DNA of 64,000 nucleotides from Spartobacteria bacterium (GCA_947482345.1 CANKJN010000003.1:1922-65921); one strand, 5' to 3'; counted from the stretch's first letter, positions 8,320 to 18,226 are shown. Made by a program: numbers and translations. The notes: generated by a model from the sequence alone, not told the origin.

Positions 8320-9864
8320 TCACCGAAGCGATTCCAAAAAAGCCTTTGATTGAGTGACGATGGCGGCGCGTTCCTCCGCCGGTCGCTTCATCCACGAACG
8401 CACCATCATGGCCGTGCGCGGGTTATTAGCGAAGCGCCCGCGATGGGTTTCGTAGAAGTTCCAGTAGAGGAGGTTGAAGGGGCAGGCTCCCGGCCCTGTT
8501 TTGATATCCGGACTGTGGGGACATCCCCCGCAGTAGTTGCTCATCTTGTGGATGTATGATCCGCCGGCTGCATACGGCTTGGTTGCCATGAATCCGCCGT
8601 CGGCATGGAGGGCCATTCCGAGGAGGTTGGCGGCCATCACCCAGTCATGGGCGTCGATATACATCTCGTTGAACCAACGGAGCGCCTCACCGGGCCTGAC
8701 TCCCGCGAGCAGCAGGAAATTGCCGAGGATCATCAGTCTCTGGATGTGGTGATTGAAGCCACCCTTCAGGACTTCCCCCAAGGTCTGACGGAGGCAGTTC
8801 ATGTCCGTCTCGCCGTCATAGAAGAAGGAGGGGAGGGGGCGTTCGGCTTCGAGACCATTGACCCCCACGTACTCGGGCATCTTCAGCCAGTAGACCCCGT
8901 TGACGAATTCGCGCCATCCGATGATCTGCCGGATGAATCCCTCCACGGCATGCAGGGGAGCCTTCCCTTTTCGGAAGGCAGATTCAGCCGCCTTGGCGCA
9001 TTCCAGCGGATCGAGAAGGCCGATGTTGAGCATCGGGGAAATGATCGAGTGGAACATGTCGGGCTCTCCCTCGACCATCAGGTCCTGCCAGGTGCCGAAG
9101 TGTGGGAGCCGCTCTTCCACGAAGTGCTCCATCCATTTCAGGGAGTCCTCCCGTGTGACGGGAAGGGCGAAGTCCGCAGCTTTGCCGGGTGCATCCGGAA
9201 AACAGATTTCCAGGTCGGTCGCGACCTCCCGGGTGATGGCGTCCTGTTCCGGTCTGGGAAGTGCCCGTGGGCGGGGTGATCCCGCCTTCTTCCAATCACG
9301 GAGCGTGGCCCTGTTCTCGACATCGTAGTTCCAGTCGCCACCGACCGGCTTCCCGTCGCTCTCCATGAGTAATCCCGTCCGCCTCCGCATCTCGCGGTAG
9401 AAATTCTCCATCAGCAGACGCTTCTTTCCCTGCGCCAGTTCGGCGAAATCCTCCCGGGAGCAGAGGAATTGGGTGTCTGGAACGATGCGGAGCGGGTATT
9501 CCAATTTCCCGCCAAGGGAGTCCAAGGCGAGGCTCTCATCGTGGTTGTTAGGCCGGGTGACGAGAATCTCCGAGGGCTTCCAGGCCGTGCAGTGACGGGC
9601 CAGGGCGGAGCGCATGTCGGGAGCGTCGTTGATCCGGTGGTAGTCGACCTCCCATCCCTCGGCCTCCCGTTCCGCGGCGTAGTGTCTCATCGCCGAGAGA
9701 AGGAGCATCAGGCGATGCCGATGGTAGGGGAGCTTTCCGAAGGTCTGCCGGGATTCGATGAAGAGCAGGCAATCCGTCCCCTTCCTTGCCGAGAGGAGGG
9801 ATGCGTTGGTGACCGAGAGTTGGTCGGCGAGGATCCAGACTGTCCGCCGAGTCTCCGCACTCAC
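8320..9864 (-). CDS. FeS-BCP/CryPro-type photolyase-cryptochrome family protein ((6-4) photolyase-like)
   Basis: COG3046-like N-terminus. The C-terminal cysteine pattern C...CGGC-x12-C (YCGGCPHSPDIKTGPGAC) matches the spacing of the four [4Fe-4S] ligands known for PhrB/CryB. GTG start overlaps the HAD stop. Confidence 0.8.
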   Translation of the reverse strand: MSAETRRTVWILADQLSVTNASLLSARKGTDCLLFIESRQTFGKLPYHRHRLMLLLSAMRHYAAEREAEGWEVDYHRINDAPDMRSALARHCTAWKPSEILVTRPNNHDESLALDSLGGKLEYPLRIVPDTQFLCSREDFAELAQGKKRLLMENFYREMRRRTGLLMESDGKPVGGDWNYDVENRATLRDWKKAGSPRPRALPRPEQDAITREVATDLEICFPDAPGKAADFALPVTREDSLKWMEHFVEERLPHFGTWQDLMVEGEPDMFHSIISPMLNIGLLDPLECAKAAESAFRKGKAPLHAVEGFIRQIIGWREFVNGVYWLKMPEYVGVNGLEAERPLPSFFYDGETDMNCLRQTLGEVLKGGFNHHIQRLMILGNFLLLAGVRPGEALRWFNEMYIDAHDWVMAANLLGMALHADGGFMATKPYAAGGSYIHKMSNYCGGCPHSPDIKTGPGACPFNLLYWNFYETHRGRFANNPRTAMMVRSWMKRPAEERAAIVTQSKAFLESLR

Positions 9865-10469
9865 AGGAAGGAGAGCGATTTCAACTTTGCTTCGAAGAGG
9901 TCGTGCCGTTTCGGATCGTAGTGATGGCCGATGAAGCCCACCGACTCCGCCCCCTGCACATTCTCCAGCAGGTCATCGATGTAGAGCGTGGTTGCGGGAT
10001 CGACTCCAAACTGGTCTTTGGCGAGTTCAAAGATCCGGCGCTCGGGTTTCATGACGCCGGCCTTGTACGAATAGACACCGTCGTGGAAGAGACCGGAGAA
10101 GAAATCGTACTCCTCGAAAATATGGTCGTGATGGATGCAGCCGATGTTCGAGAGGAGATAGAGAGGCGTCTTCCCATGGAGGGTGCGGGCCCACTCGACC
10201 ATCGGGGTGTTCACCTCGAAGATCCGTGTCCAGATCCCCATGAAGTGATCCTCGGGTCCGTCATGAGCGAAGGCTTCCCTGACGATCCTGACAAACTCCT
10301 CGCGGCTGATCGTGCCGCTCTCGTGGGCCATCCGGTGAGGATGGAGCTCCTCGATGGAAGGGGCGACCGTTTGGCCCGTGTGGGCAAGGAGCGCCCGCTC
10401 GGCGATGAAGTAGTCGAAGGTCAGGAGGACATTCCCGATATCGAAGATGACGGCGTTTACTGGAGGCAT
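9861..10469 (-). CDS. HAD-superfamily hydrolase (subfamily IA-like)
   Basis: Motif I VIFDIGNVL at the N-terminus and a C-terminal YIDD motif. Confidence 0.75.
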   Translation of the reverse strand: MPPVNAVIFDIGNVLLTFDYFIAERALLAHTGQTVAPSIEELHPHRMAHESGTISREEFVRIVREAFAHDGPEDHFMGIWTRIFEVNTPMVEWARTLHGKTPLYLLSNIGCIHHDHIFEEYDFFSGLFHDGVYSYKAGVMKPERRIFELAKDQFGVDPATTLYIDDLLENVQGAESVGFIGHHYDPKRHDLFEAKLKSLSFL

Positions 10470-10527
10470 AGGCTTTTAGGCTGAAGACTGAAGGCTGTTA
10501 GGTTTGGTTGCGCTTCCCTGAGGAATC

Positions 10528-10791
10528 CTATCCAAAGAGCTTGTCGAAATCATTGTGTGAACCGATCCAGACCCAGATCACCGTATCGCCGGAACGCTCC
10601 CCGACGGCGCGATACTGCTCGTTGATTCTAAGAGACCAGACATGATCATATCCTCCCAGTTTCTTGAACCGCAGGGAGGGGTGCGCGGGATTCTTGACAA
10701 AGAGTTGGTAGGATCTTTTCGCGGAATCCCTGATCCTGGGATCCAAAAGCTCATAGGCCCTCCAAAAACTGGGCCGGACGCGCGAAATCAC
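10528..10791 (-). CDS. RelE/ParE-superfamily type II toxin
   Basis: 87 aa with NPAHPSLRFKKL...WSLRINEQYRAV...WVWIGSHNDFDKL, the typical RelE/ParE/YoeB-like pattern. 4-nt ATGA overlap with the upstream small gene. Confidence 0.7.
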   Translation of the reverse strand: MISRVRPSFWRAYELLDPRIRDSAKRSYQLFVKNPAHPSLRFKKLGGYDHVWSLRINEQYRAVGERSGDTVIWVWIGSHNDFDKLFG

Positions 10792-11006
10792 AACCTCGAA
10801 ACATCTAGAGGCTCTTCACCCTCCTGGGCAGATGCCTTTAAAAATTCCTCAAGCTTGGGACGAGGCTTGGTGTCCGCAATCATCTTCTCCCAGTGATGTT
10901 CTCCGAGTTGGGCGAGCAGGAAACGGGCAAAATCGACCACCTCGGAACGCTTCTCCTCCGGAAGAGCCTCGCAGACTTCGATAATATCGGCAGTGGCACC
11001 GCTCAT
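10788..11006 (-). CDS. Putative antitoxin (DUF2281-like)
   Basis: 72-aa acidic protein immediately upstream of the toxin and translationally coupled to it. The LPEEKRSEVVDFARFL motif is typical of DUF2281-type antitoxins. Confidence 0.6.
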   Translation of the reverse strand: MSGATADIIEVCEALPEEKRSEVVDFARFLLAQLGEHHWEKMIADTKPRPKLEEFLKASAQEGEEPLDVSRL

Positions 11007-11453
11007 AAGAGCAATCTAGAAGGGGATGTTTCCTCCGTCAATAGCGGCAGGATGTCAGGCGGGGGCGCTACACCTCAACAATCTAGGAGGCCGCGTTAAA
11101 AGAGTTAAAAAGTGAAAATGTTACAACCAAGGCTCTGGGAAGAGCCGCGTAAGATCCCGCGAATGCGGGACCCGAAGCGCCACCGCTTGCCTGGAGGCAA
11201 GTGGCGTCAACATGGATCCGTGAGATCCCTGACCTGAGATTCGGGAGGGGAGTGTCAGGGAAAACGTCGTCAAAAGATGCCTGCATCAGTTCAATTCGGC
11301 CTCGGCCTTCAGCCCCTTGTAACCTTTTAACGGTGTAACGCTTTTAACCCTTCCGGGACTCACCATCCGGGTGAACTGTTCAAACCTGTCAACACCGCTC
11401 TATTGCGCAATCTGGGTTAAACAGCGGTTCCCTAACTGTTTTCAGCCTTCAGT

Positions 11454-12584
11454 CTAATCAACCTTAAAAGCGGCCTCTCCGAGGACCGCATTCGCCGCAT
11501 TCCTCGCACCCTCCGGGGTTCCCGTTTTCGTGGCGTTGGCTTCCCATGTCTTCCAGACCAGGGCGCCGCGGGCGAAGGCATGCCGCACAGCGGCGGCGAT
11601 CGCCTTGGGGGAGGTGGAGGTGCATCCGCAGTCGGCCTTGGTGAGGAGTTCCGCATTCCCCTCCTCCTGTCCCGGAAGGACCTGGCTCATGACGAGCGGG
11701 GTGGCCGCCGCAAGGCATTCCTGCACGGTGGCACCTCCGGCCTTGGCAACGATGAGGTGGTTGGCCGCGAGTCTCTCGGGAAGATCGGGCATCCACCCCT
11801 CGACCTTGATCGGCTTCCGGAATCGCGACGCGATCGCCTGAAGTGTGGTCCGGAGTTTCTCGTCACGGCCGCAGGCGGCGGAGAGTTCGATTCCCTCCAC
11901 GCTACCCAGTTCCTTGAGAATTCCCGTGGCGTTTTTCTGTCCTGGATTGGCTAGGAAGAGAACCTTCGGGAGATGTCCCGTACCGGGGACTGTTCGCCGA
12001 CCCCTGAGGGTTTCAAACACCGGTGGGACGGGAAATCCGGTGACGCTCAGTTTCGCACGGGGAACCCCGGCGTTTTCCATCACCTCCGCGGTCTCCTCAT
12101 TGGGAACAAGGAACAGGTCGGAGTAGCCACTGTACCAGAGGGAGTTGATGCTGATGGAGTCGGTGACCACCGTGACGGTCCTGAAAGGTCGGTCGGTCTT
12201 TCCGTGCAGGTGATCGAGGAGGTGGTTGTACCCCGGGTAGGTGGAGGCGATGACAGCCGGCCTCATCTCCGCGACAGTCCTGGCGAGAAGGCGCGCTCCC
12301 CGCTTGTAGACCGCCACGCGACCGGGTGCCGCCTTGTCCTTGTCGAGATACTTGTAGAAGGCGCCCCAGAGTCCTGGGCAATGATTGATGAAGAGGAAGT
12401 ATCCCTTCTGGACGATCTTGTAGAGCCGGCCGTAGGCCTCGGCAAAGAGATCGCGCACCTCGACGGGACGGTCGGGATCGAGAGTCCGCAACGCGGTTGC
12501 CAGATTACGGGCGGCGGCGTTATGTCCCTCGCCGAAAGCGGAGGTCAGGATGAGGATTGGGCGCTTGGTCGTAGCGGCGGTCAT
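11454..12584 (-). CDS. MGDG-synthase/MurG-like glycosyltransferase (GT28 family)
   Basis: N-terminal ILILTSAFGEGHNAAARNL motif and a C-terminal GT-B nucleotide-sugar binding region (KAGGATVQE). Confidence 0.7.
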   Translation of the reverse strand: MTAATTKRPILILTSAFGEGHNAAARNLATALRTLDPDRPVEVRDLFAEAYGRLYKIVQKGYFLFINHCPGLWGAFYKYLDKDKAAPGRVAVYKRGARLLARTVAEMRPAVIASTYPGYNHLLDHLHGKTDRPFRTVTVVTDSISINSLWYSGYSDLFLVPNEETAEVMENAGVPRAKLSVTGFPVPPVFETLRGRRTVPGTGHLPKVLFLANPGQKNATGILKELGSVEGIELSAACGRDEKLRTTLQAIASRFRKPIKVEGWMPDLPERLAANHLIVAKAGGATVQECLAAATPLVMSQVLPGQEEGNAELLTKADCGCTSTSPKAIAAAVRHAFARGALVWKTWEANATKTGTPEGARNAANAVLGEAAFKVD

Positions 12585-12615
12585 GGGTCGAACGGGAAAA
12601 TGCGGAAGGTGAGTT

Positions 12616-13689
12616 TCAGAGCCATTTCTTGCGACGGAAAAAGAGCAACATTCCCCCCGCCGTCAGCAGCACCACGACCCAGAAGGCGGGGTATCCGTAG
12701 GCCCAGTTAAGCTCGGGCATATTCCACGGTTTCTCCGTGTTGAAGTTCATCCCGTAGACACCGGCCAGAAAGGTGAGGGGGATGAAGAATGTCGAGACGA
12801 GCGTGAGGACGCGCATGATCTCATTGGTGCGGAAGCTGAGGCTCGAGTGGTAGATGTCCATGAGACCGGCGGTGAGATCGCGGAAGCTTTCCGCGATATC
12901 GATCGCCTGGGTCACATGGTCATTGCAGTCCTTCAGGAAGATCCGGGTGCTCTCCTTCACGTAGCCGGAGTCATCCCTGAGCAGGTGACCGATGACTTCG
13001 CGGAGCGGCCAGGCGATCCGGCGCATCTCCAGAAGCACACGCTTGTTCTGGAAGAGATCCTTCAGCGCCGCCTTGGTGGGGTTCCGGATGAGGTTTTCCT
13101 CCAGGGTCTCTGACTCGGTGCCGATCATCTCCAGCACGGGGAAGAAATGGTCGATCGCATTGTCGAGCAGGGCATAGGCCAGGAAATCGGCCGCTGATTT
13201 CCGGATGAGGGTTCCTTGCTGTGCGAGCCGCTTCCTGACGCCGGTGAAGGGATCCTTCCGGTTCTCCGACTGGAACGTGAGGACCGTGTTCTTGTTGAAG
13301 AACATGCTCAACTGCTCCACCTCGACCCCAAGGGACTGCTCCGTGTCCCTGTAGATCATCGTGGTGATGAGGAAGATGCCCTTGTCGGTCTCCTCGATTT
13401 TCGGCCGCTGGGTCGTGACGATATCCTCGATCATCAGCGGATTGAGACCGAAGTGGGAGGCCAGGATCCGCACGTTCTCCGTGTCATGGAGGCCTTCCAC
13501 GTTGATCCAGTTCATTTTCCTCCGGTCGAGTTGGCCGATCGCCGAAGCCGCGTCGCCGCAACTGATCTCCTCGTAGGTTGTCTCGTCGTACCGGATGAGG
13601 TTGATGACCGGGGGCATGGTTTCCATGCTTCCCTCGACCTGGAGGGAAGCGGGGGCGGTGCCCGGCTTGTGATAGATCAACTTGATCAT
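12616..13689 (-). CDS. corA: Magnesium/cobalt transporter CorA
   Basis: Two C-terminal TM helices with the signature GVYGMNF. Confidence 0.9.
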   Translation of the reverse strand: MIKLIYHKPGTAPASLQVEGSMETMPPVINLIRYDETTYEEISCGDAASAIGQLDRRKMNWINVEGLHDTENVRILASHFGLNPLMIEDIVTTQRPKIEETDKGIFLITTMIYRDTEQSLGVEVEQLSMFFNKNTVLTFQSENRKDPFTGVRKRLAQQGTLIRKSAADFLAYALLDNAIDHFFPVLEMIGTESETLEENLIRNPTKAALKDLFQNKRVLLEMRRIAWPLREVIGHLLRDDSGYVKESTRIFLKDCNDHVTQAIDIAESFRDLTAGLMDIYHSSLSFRTNEIMRVLTLVSTFFIPLTFLAGVYGMNFNTEKPWNMPELNWAYGYPAFWVVVLLTAGGMLLFFRRKKWL

Positions 13690-13692
13690 GGA

Positions 13693-14595
13693 TTACTGGG
13701 ATCGGAGGTGATCGTAGCCGGAGGGAAGCGGAGTGGGAGGGAAATCCGCAGGGGTCATCCGACCGATGCAGGTGAGCGGGATCCGAGGGAAGTGAGCGTT
13801 CCAGCGTCGCATGATCGGTGGCCAGCGCGAGGGGGTGATCGTCAGGAGTAGTTCGTAATCCTCGCCGTCCGAGAGGGCTTCCCTCGCCGTGCACCCGCGG
13901 TGACACGGGAGTGATTCCGGAGCGATCGTGAAGGAAGTACCGCTCTCGATGGCAAGCTTCGGAAGATCGCTCCCGAGTCCGTCGCTTAGATCCATCATCG
14001 CGGTGACACCCCGTTCGGCACCAAGCCACCGTCCCTCGTCAAGGCGCGGGGAGAAGCGGAGATGGCGTCCGCTCTTGAGGGAACCGCCAAGTCTTCCCGT
14101 CACGCAGATGAAGTCGCCGGGGCGGGCCCCGCTGCGGAGCTTGAGATGTTTCTTCTCCACCTCCCCGGTGAGGGTGACCGAGAGGAAGCAGGGGACGGGT
14201 GAGCGGACGGTCTCTCCGCCGACCACCGAGATGCCAAAGGCCCGCGCCGCCTTGCCGATGCCACGATAAAGAGCCTTCCAGTGGCTACCCTTCCACGAGG
14301 TGGGTGCCGCCACGGTGATGACGGCTTGGCGGGGGGTGCCACCCATGGCTGCGATGTCGCTGAGCGGGCGGCAAAGGGCTTTCCAGCCGACAAGATCAAG
14401 GCGAGTGCCCGATGCGAAGTGAATGCCTTCCACGAGCGCATCGGTCTTGAGCAGTTGCACGATCCCCTTTGCGGCCGAAGGCCTGATCACCGCGCAGTCA
14501 TCGCCGATCCCGTTGAGCACATCGCGCGAGGGATTGGGAAGGGAGGCGGAGATCAGCTCCAGCAGCTCCGCCTCAGACCTTGGTGATCCTTTCAT
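13693..14595 (-). CDS. thiL: Thiamine-monophosphate kinase
   Basis: GIGDDCAVI motif and the AIR-synthase-related two-domain layout. Confidence 0.85.
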   Translation of the reverse strand: MKGSPRSEAELLELISASLPNPSRDVLNGIGDDCAVIRPSAAKGIVQLLKTDALVEGIHFASGTRLDLVGWKALCRPLSDIAAMGGTPRQAVITVAAPTSWKGSHWKALYRGIGKAARAFGISVVGGETVRSPVPCFLSVTLTGEVEKKHLKLRSGARPGDFICVTGRLGGSLKSGRHLRFSPRLDEGRWLGAERGVTAMMDLSDGLGSDLPKLAIESGTSFTIAPESLPCHRGCTAREALSDGEDYELLLTITPSRWPPIMRRWNAHFPRIPLTCIGRMTPADFPPTPLPSGYDHLRSQ

Positions 14596-14794
14596 GAAGG
14601 GAAGTACTGAATGGTTAATGTGGAACTCATGAACTCAGGGGGCAAAGGCAGTTGGGAAGTTTTCTGACTTTGGGTAATTCCTACCGAGCGGATGAGGCCG
14701 CCACCTGCTTCACCAATAAAAAATGTTTCCTTAATGATGCTGAAAATTCCTGAGTTCTTGAGTTCCATATTCTTTCGCCCGGGTCTCCTTTTTC

Positions 14795-15607
14795 TCACCT
14801 TGCCATTTCGGGCCAGAGAATCAGCGCCAGGATGGTGAGGGCGTTGAAGGTGGCATGCATCGTGATCGTGGCCCAGAGCGATCCGGTCCGCTCGTAGAGC
14901 AGGCAGAGGATCACGGCGAGGAGTCCGAGACCGAGCATGGAGGGGAGATGGACATGGATCGCCGCGAAGAGCAGCGAGGAGGTGAGCAGCGCGGGAAGCC
15001 TCCCTCCGAACCGCCTTATCACGCCGTAGAAGTAACCGCGGAAGAGGATCTCCTCCGCCACGGGGGCCACGATCACCGCCATGAAGATCACCGTGGCGCG
15101 ATGCCGGGGATCCGGGTGCTCCAGGAAATAGCGTACGATCATCTGTGCGTCATCGGTCTCTCCGAAGACTCCCTGGACGAACGATTGCGCGACCAGGATC
15201 AGCGGGTAGGTGATGAGCAGCCAGAGAAGACCGGTGCCCGCCGCCTTGGGAAACTTCGAGGGCTGGAGGCCGAAGAATGAGACAGCGGATTCGCGCTGGA
15301 ATCCCATGACGCCGATGACACCCAGGATCAACGAGGAGTAGACGATCGAGTTGGCCAGGATCGCATTCAGGGTGATCGCCTTAGGGGCGTCGAGCGACTG
15401 CCAGATGACCGTGATCATCCAGATGGCGAGGATGCCCGCGCAGAAGGCATCCGGGATGCCGTAGGGCTGTGTCTCGAGCGTGGCGCGCCGCGAAGCGCGA
15501 TGGGCCAGCCATCCGTAAAAGCCGAGCAGAATGAGCAGGATCAGCCCGCTGGGAAGGAGTTCCTGGAATGTCGGGGCGAGTGCCAGCGGCGGCAGGGAAT
15601 TGATCAC
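14795..15607 (-). CDS. CPBP-family intramembrane glutamic endopeptidase (CAAX protease-like)
   Basis: Polytopic protein with APVAEEILFRGYF and FAAIHV motifs. Confidence 0.8.
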   Translation of the reverse strand: MINSLPPLALAPTFQELLPSGLILLILLGFYGWLAHRASRRATLETQPYGIPDAFCAGILAIWMITVIWQSLDAPKAITLNAILANSIVYSSLILGVIGVMGFQRESAVSFFGLQPSKFPKAAGTGLLWLLITYPLILVAQSFVQGVFGETDDAQMIVRYFLEHPDPRHRATVIFMAVIVAPVAEEILFRGYFYGVIRRFGGRLPALLTSSLLFAAIHVHLPSMLGLGLLAVILCLLYERTGSLWATITMHATFNALTILALILWPEMAR

Positions 15608-16605
15608 GGGGCGTAGAAGGGAGGAAGGAGGTAGAGGCGTCCGGTCTCAAGTTTCACGCCCGGAGCCGTACCGAGATTCAGATCAAGGCGGATGTCGCTC
15701 TTTTCGGAATCCTCGAAGAATCGCAGAAGGCGTCCGATTCCGCGCTTCTTCTCGTATCGGACGACCTCGGCTCCGGGGGCCTTGCCCAGGGAGCGGGCCT
15801 TTTCCCAAGCATCCTCGACATAGCCCGTCTGGTCGACGAGCTTCGCCGCAAGGGCATCCTTTCCGCTCATGACACGACCGTCGGCCACGCCTTCCCTCAG
15901 GGTGGCCGGATCGAGTTTCCTCGCGGTGGCCACGATGTTCAGGAATCGGTCGTAAGTCTGCATGACGAGCGCCTGGAAATATGTCTTCTCCTCCTCCGTC
16001 AGGTCGCGGGCACCGTTGAGCGCATCCTTGAATTTGCCGCTTTTGAAGATCACCGACTGCAGGCCGATCTTTCCGAAGAGTTCCTTGTAGTTGAGTGTCG
16101 AGATGATCACGCCGATGCTCCCGGTGAAGGTCGTGTCGGTGCACATGATCCAGGAACCGGCGCAGGCGATGTAGTAGGCAGCCGAGGTGCCGATCGAGTT
16201 CATGAAGATGACGACGGGCTTCCTGGAGCTTAGTTTCGCCAAGGCATGGTGGATGGTGTCGCCGGCCGTGACCTCGCCGCCGGGAGAGTCGACCGAGAGG
16301 ACAACCGCCTTCACATGGGGATCATTCTCCGCCTGCTGGAAGGCTTCCTTGAGTTCCTCGACCATATCCCCGTTCCTGCTGACCCCGCCTCCGAAGGAGA
16401 TCAGGCCGTCGAGGCGGATCAGGGCGATCTTGTCGGAGGAATCCTTGCCGGGGGAGAGCCTTGTTTCCGTGAATTTCTTCTCGGTGATGACCTTCGCCGG
16501 GCCCGAACCGCGGGAGCCAAGGGCGACTAGGAGGATGAGATTGCCAAAGAGGCTCAGGCCGAGCGCCACGAAAAGGACCAAAGAGAGGCATCCAGACTTT
16601 TTCAT
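15604..16605 (-). CDS. sppA: Signal peptide peptidase SppA (36K type)
   Basis: ClpP/crotonase fold motifs (DSPGGEVTA, GSIGV). The ATG at 16605 (MKKSGCLS..., signal anchor) is preferred. The ORF-track N-terminal extension is encoded by low-complexity word sequence. Confidence 0.85.
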   Translation of the reverse strand: MKKSGCLSLVLFVALGLSLFGNLILLVALGSRGSGPAKVITEKKFTETRLSPGKDSSDKIALIRLDGLISFGGGVSRNGDMVEELKEAFQQAENDPHVKAVVLSVDSPGGEVTAGDTIHHALAKLSSRKPVVIFMNSIGTSAAYYIACAGSWIMCTDTTFTGSIGVIISTLNYKELFGKIGLQSVIFKSGKFKDALNGARDLTEEEKTYFQALVMQTYDRFLNIVATARKLDPATLREGVADGRVMSGKDALAAKLVDQTGYVEDAWEKARSLGKAPGAEVVRYEKKRGIGRLLRFFEDSEKSDIRLDLNLGTAPGVKLETGRLYLLPPFYAP

Positions 16606-16846
16606 CGGACACTCAGCGTGGATGAAAAAGCTAAAAGCTAAAATGAGAAAAGCTGAAAGAAGGCATTGAGGGAAAAGTGCCATTATGAAATTTACACAAA
16701 CGAGCTGAGCCTTTGCTGCTCTGACCTAACAGCCTTCAGTCTACAGCCTATCCACCTGCCTGCTGGAGCGGGCTTGTGAATAACTTGGGGACAACGGGGA
16801 AAAACTCCCTCCCGATCACTGCTGGCACAAGTCGCCTCAACGCTTT

Positions 16847-18226
16847 ATGAATCTTCCCATGTCCAAAGCAGAACTTCGCGCCCGACTCGAGCAGATCGGC
16901 GTGCGGCCGAGCAAGATGCTCGGGCAGAATTTCCTCCTCGATCCGAACCTGGCCAAGGCCATCGTCGCCGGTCTTGATCCGCAACCGGGTGACCATCTTG
17001 TCGAGGTGGGGCCCGGCATGGGCGCGCTCACCACGCACATCCTCGACTCGCCCGCGCGGCGCATCACACTGATCGAGCGGGATCACCGTCTCGCTGCAGA
17101 GCTTCGCGAGCGCCATGCCGCGGAGATCGAGTCCGGGCGTCTCGAGATCAGGCAGGGTGACGGGGCGAAAACCGATCTCCTTTCCCTCCATGGCCACGGC
17201 CCCGTGAAGATGGTGGGGAATCTTCCCTACAGCGCCTCCACAGCGATCATCTCGCACTTCACTGCGGCCTTTTCACCCGCATCCAGACTTGTTCTGATGG
17301 TGCAGAGGGAGGTTGCCGAGCGTCTTGCCGCGGCTCCGGGGCACAAGGACTACGCCGCGCTGACCGTGCAGCTCGGACGCCGCTGGTCGGTGAGGAAGCT
17401 GCGCATCGTTCCTCCCGACGTGTTCTGGCCCCGTCCCGCCGTCGAGTCGGCGGTGATCGAGGTGAGCAAGCGCCCGGTCGAGGGTCTCCCAAACTGCGAT
17501 CCCGAAGGATTTTCGGCCTTGGTCCGGCAGGGATTTTCCTCCCGCCGGAAGCAGCTTCGCTCACTGCTCCAGCTCCCCGACGGGGCGTGGGAAGAGTGGG
17601 CCTCGGCCAAGGGGCACCCACTCACCGCCAGGGCCGAGGATCTGCCCGTGGATGACTGGGCCGATCTCGCCCTCCATGTCACCCCGGAGGGGCATGATCA
17701 TCCCTGCGAGATGTGCGATGTGGTCGATTCCGAAGATCGCGTGACCGGTTCCAAGCTTCGGAGCGAGGTCCATGTGAATAACCTGACCCATCGTGCCGTT
17801 CACCTCTGGATTTTCAACGGGCGAGGGGAGCTCTTTCTTCAGAAACGCTCCCCCTGGAAGATCAATCACCCCGACCAGTGGTGCTCCAGCGCCGCCGGCC
17901 ATGTCGATGCCGGTGAGACCTACGAGGCGGCGGGCCATCGGGAGATGCGGGAGGAGATCGGCACCGACTGCCCGCTGGTGAAGTTCTGGAAGACCGGTGC
18001 CTCGGAGGAGACCGGTTATGAATTCGTGGAGTATCTGGTCGGCCGGTGCGACGGTCCCTTCCGATTTGCTCCCGGAGAGGTGGAGACCGGGGCCTTTTTC
18101 CCTGTGGATCAGATCCGAGGGTGGATCAAGCGTTCCCCGGAGGAATTCACCCCCCTCTTCAAGATGGTCGCCGCGAAGTTCCTGAATGAGACAGAGAGAC
18201 TCATAAAAATGGCACCTGTCTCATAA
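16847..18226 (+). CDS. rsmA: Fusion protein: 16S rRNA (A1518/A1519-N6)-dimethyltransferase RsmA/KsgA + C-terminal Nudix hydrolase
   Basis: N-terminal ~275 aa carry KsgA motifs (LGQNFL, EVGPGMGALT, NLPY). The C-terminal ~170 aa carry a Nudix box, GHVDAGETYEAAGHREMREEIG. Confidence 0.85.
   Translation: MNLPMSKAELRARLEQIGVRPSKMLGQNFLLDPNLAKAIVAGLDPQPGDHLVEVGPGMGALTTHILDSPARRITLIERDHRLAAELRERHAAEIESGRLEIRQGDGAKTDLLSLHGHGPVKMVGNLPYSASTAIISHFTAAFSPASRLVLMVQREVAERLAAAPGHKDYAALTVQLGRRWSVRKLRIVPPDVFWPRPAVESAVIEVSKRPVEGLPNCDPEGFSALVRQGFSSRRKQLRSLLQLPDGAWEEWASAKGHPLTARAEDLPVDDWADLALHVTPEGHDHPCEMCDVVDSEDRVTGSKLRSEVHVNNLTHRAVHLWIFNGRGELFLQKRSPWKINHPDQWCSSAAGHVDAGETYEAAGHREMREEIGTDCPLVKFWKTGASEETGYEFVEYLVGRCDGPFRFAPGEVETGAFFPVDQIRGWIKRSPEEFTPLFKMVAAKFLNETERLIKMAPVS

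Noticed and set aside
7991-8357. ORFs of 80-111 aa inside the MITE-like elements (7991-8272, 8022-8357, 35333-35629, 35379-35621).
   Set aside because: They occur on both strands of a repeat bounded by inverted termini. They are not conserved between the two copies because of the internal indel, and they show no protein-like features.
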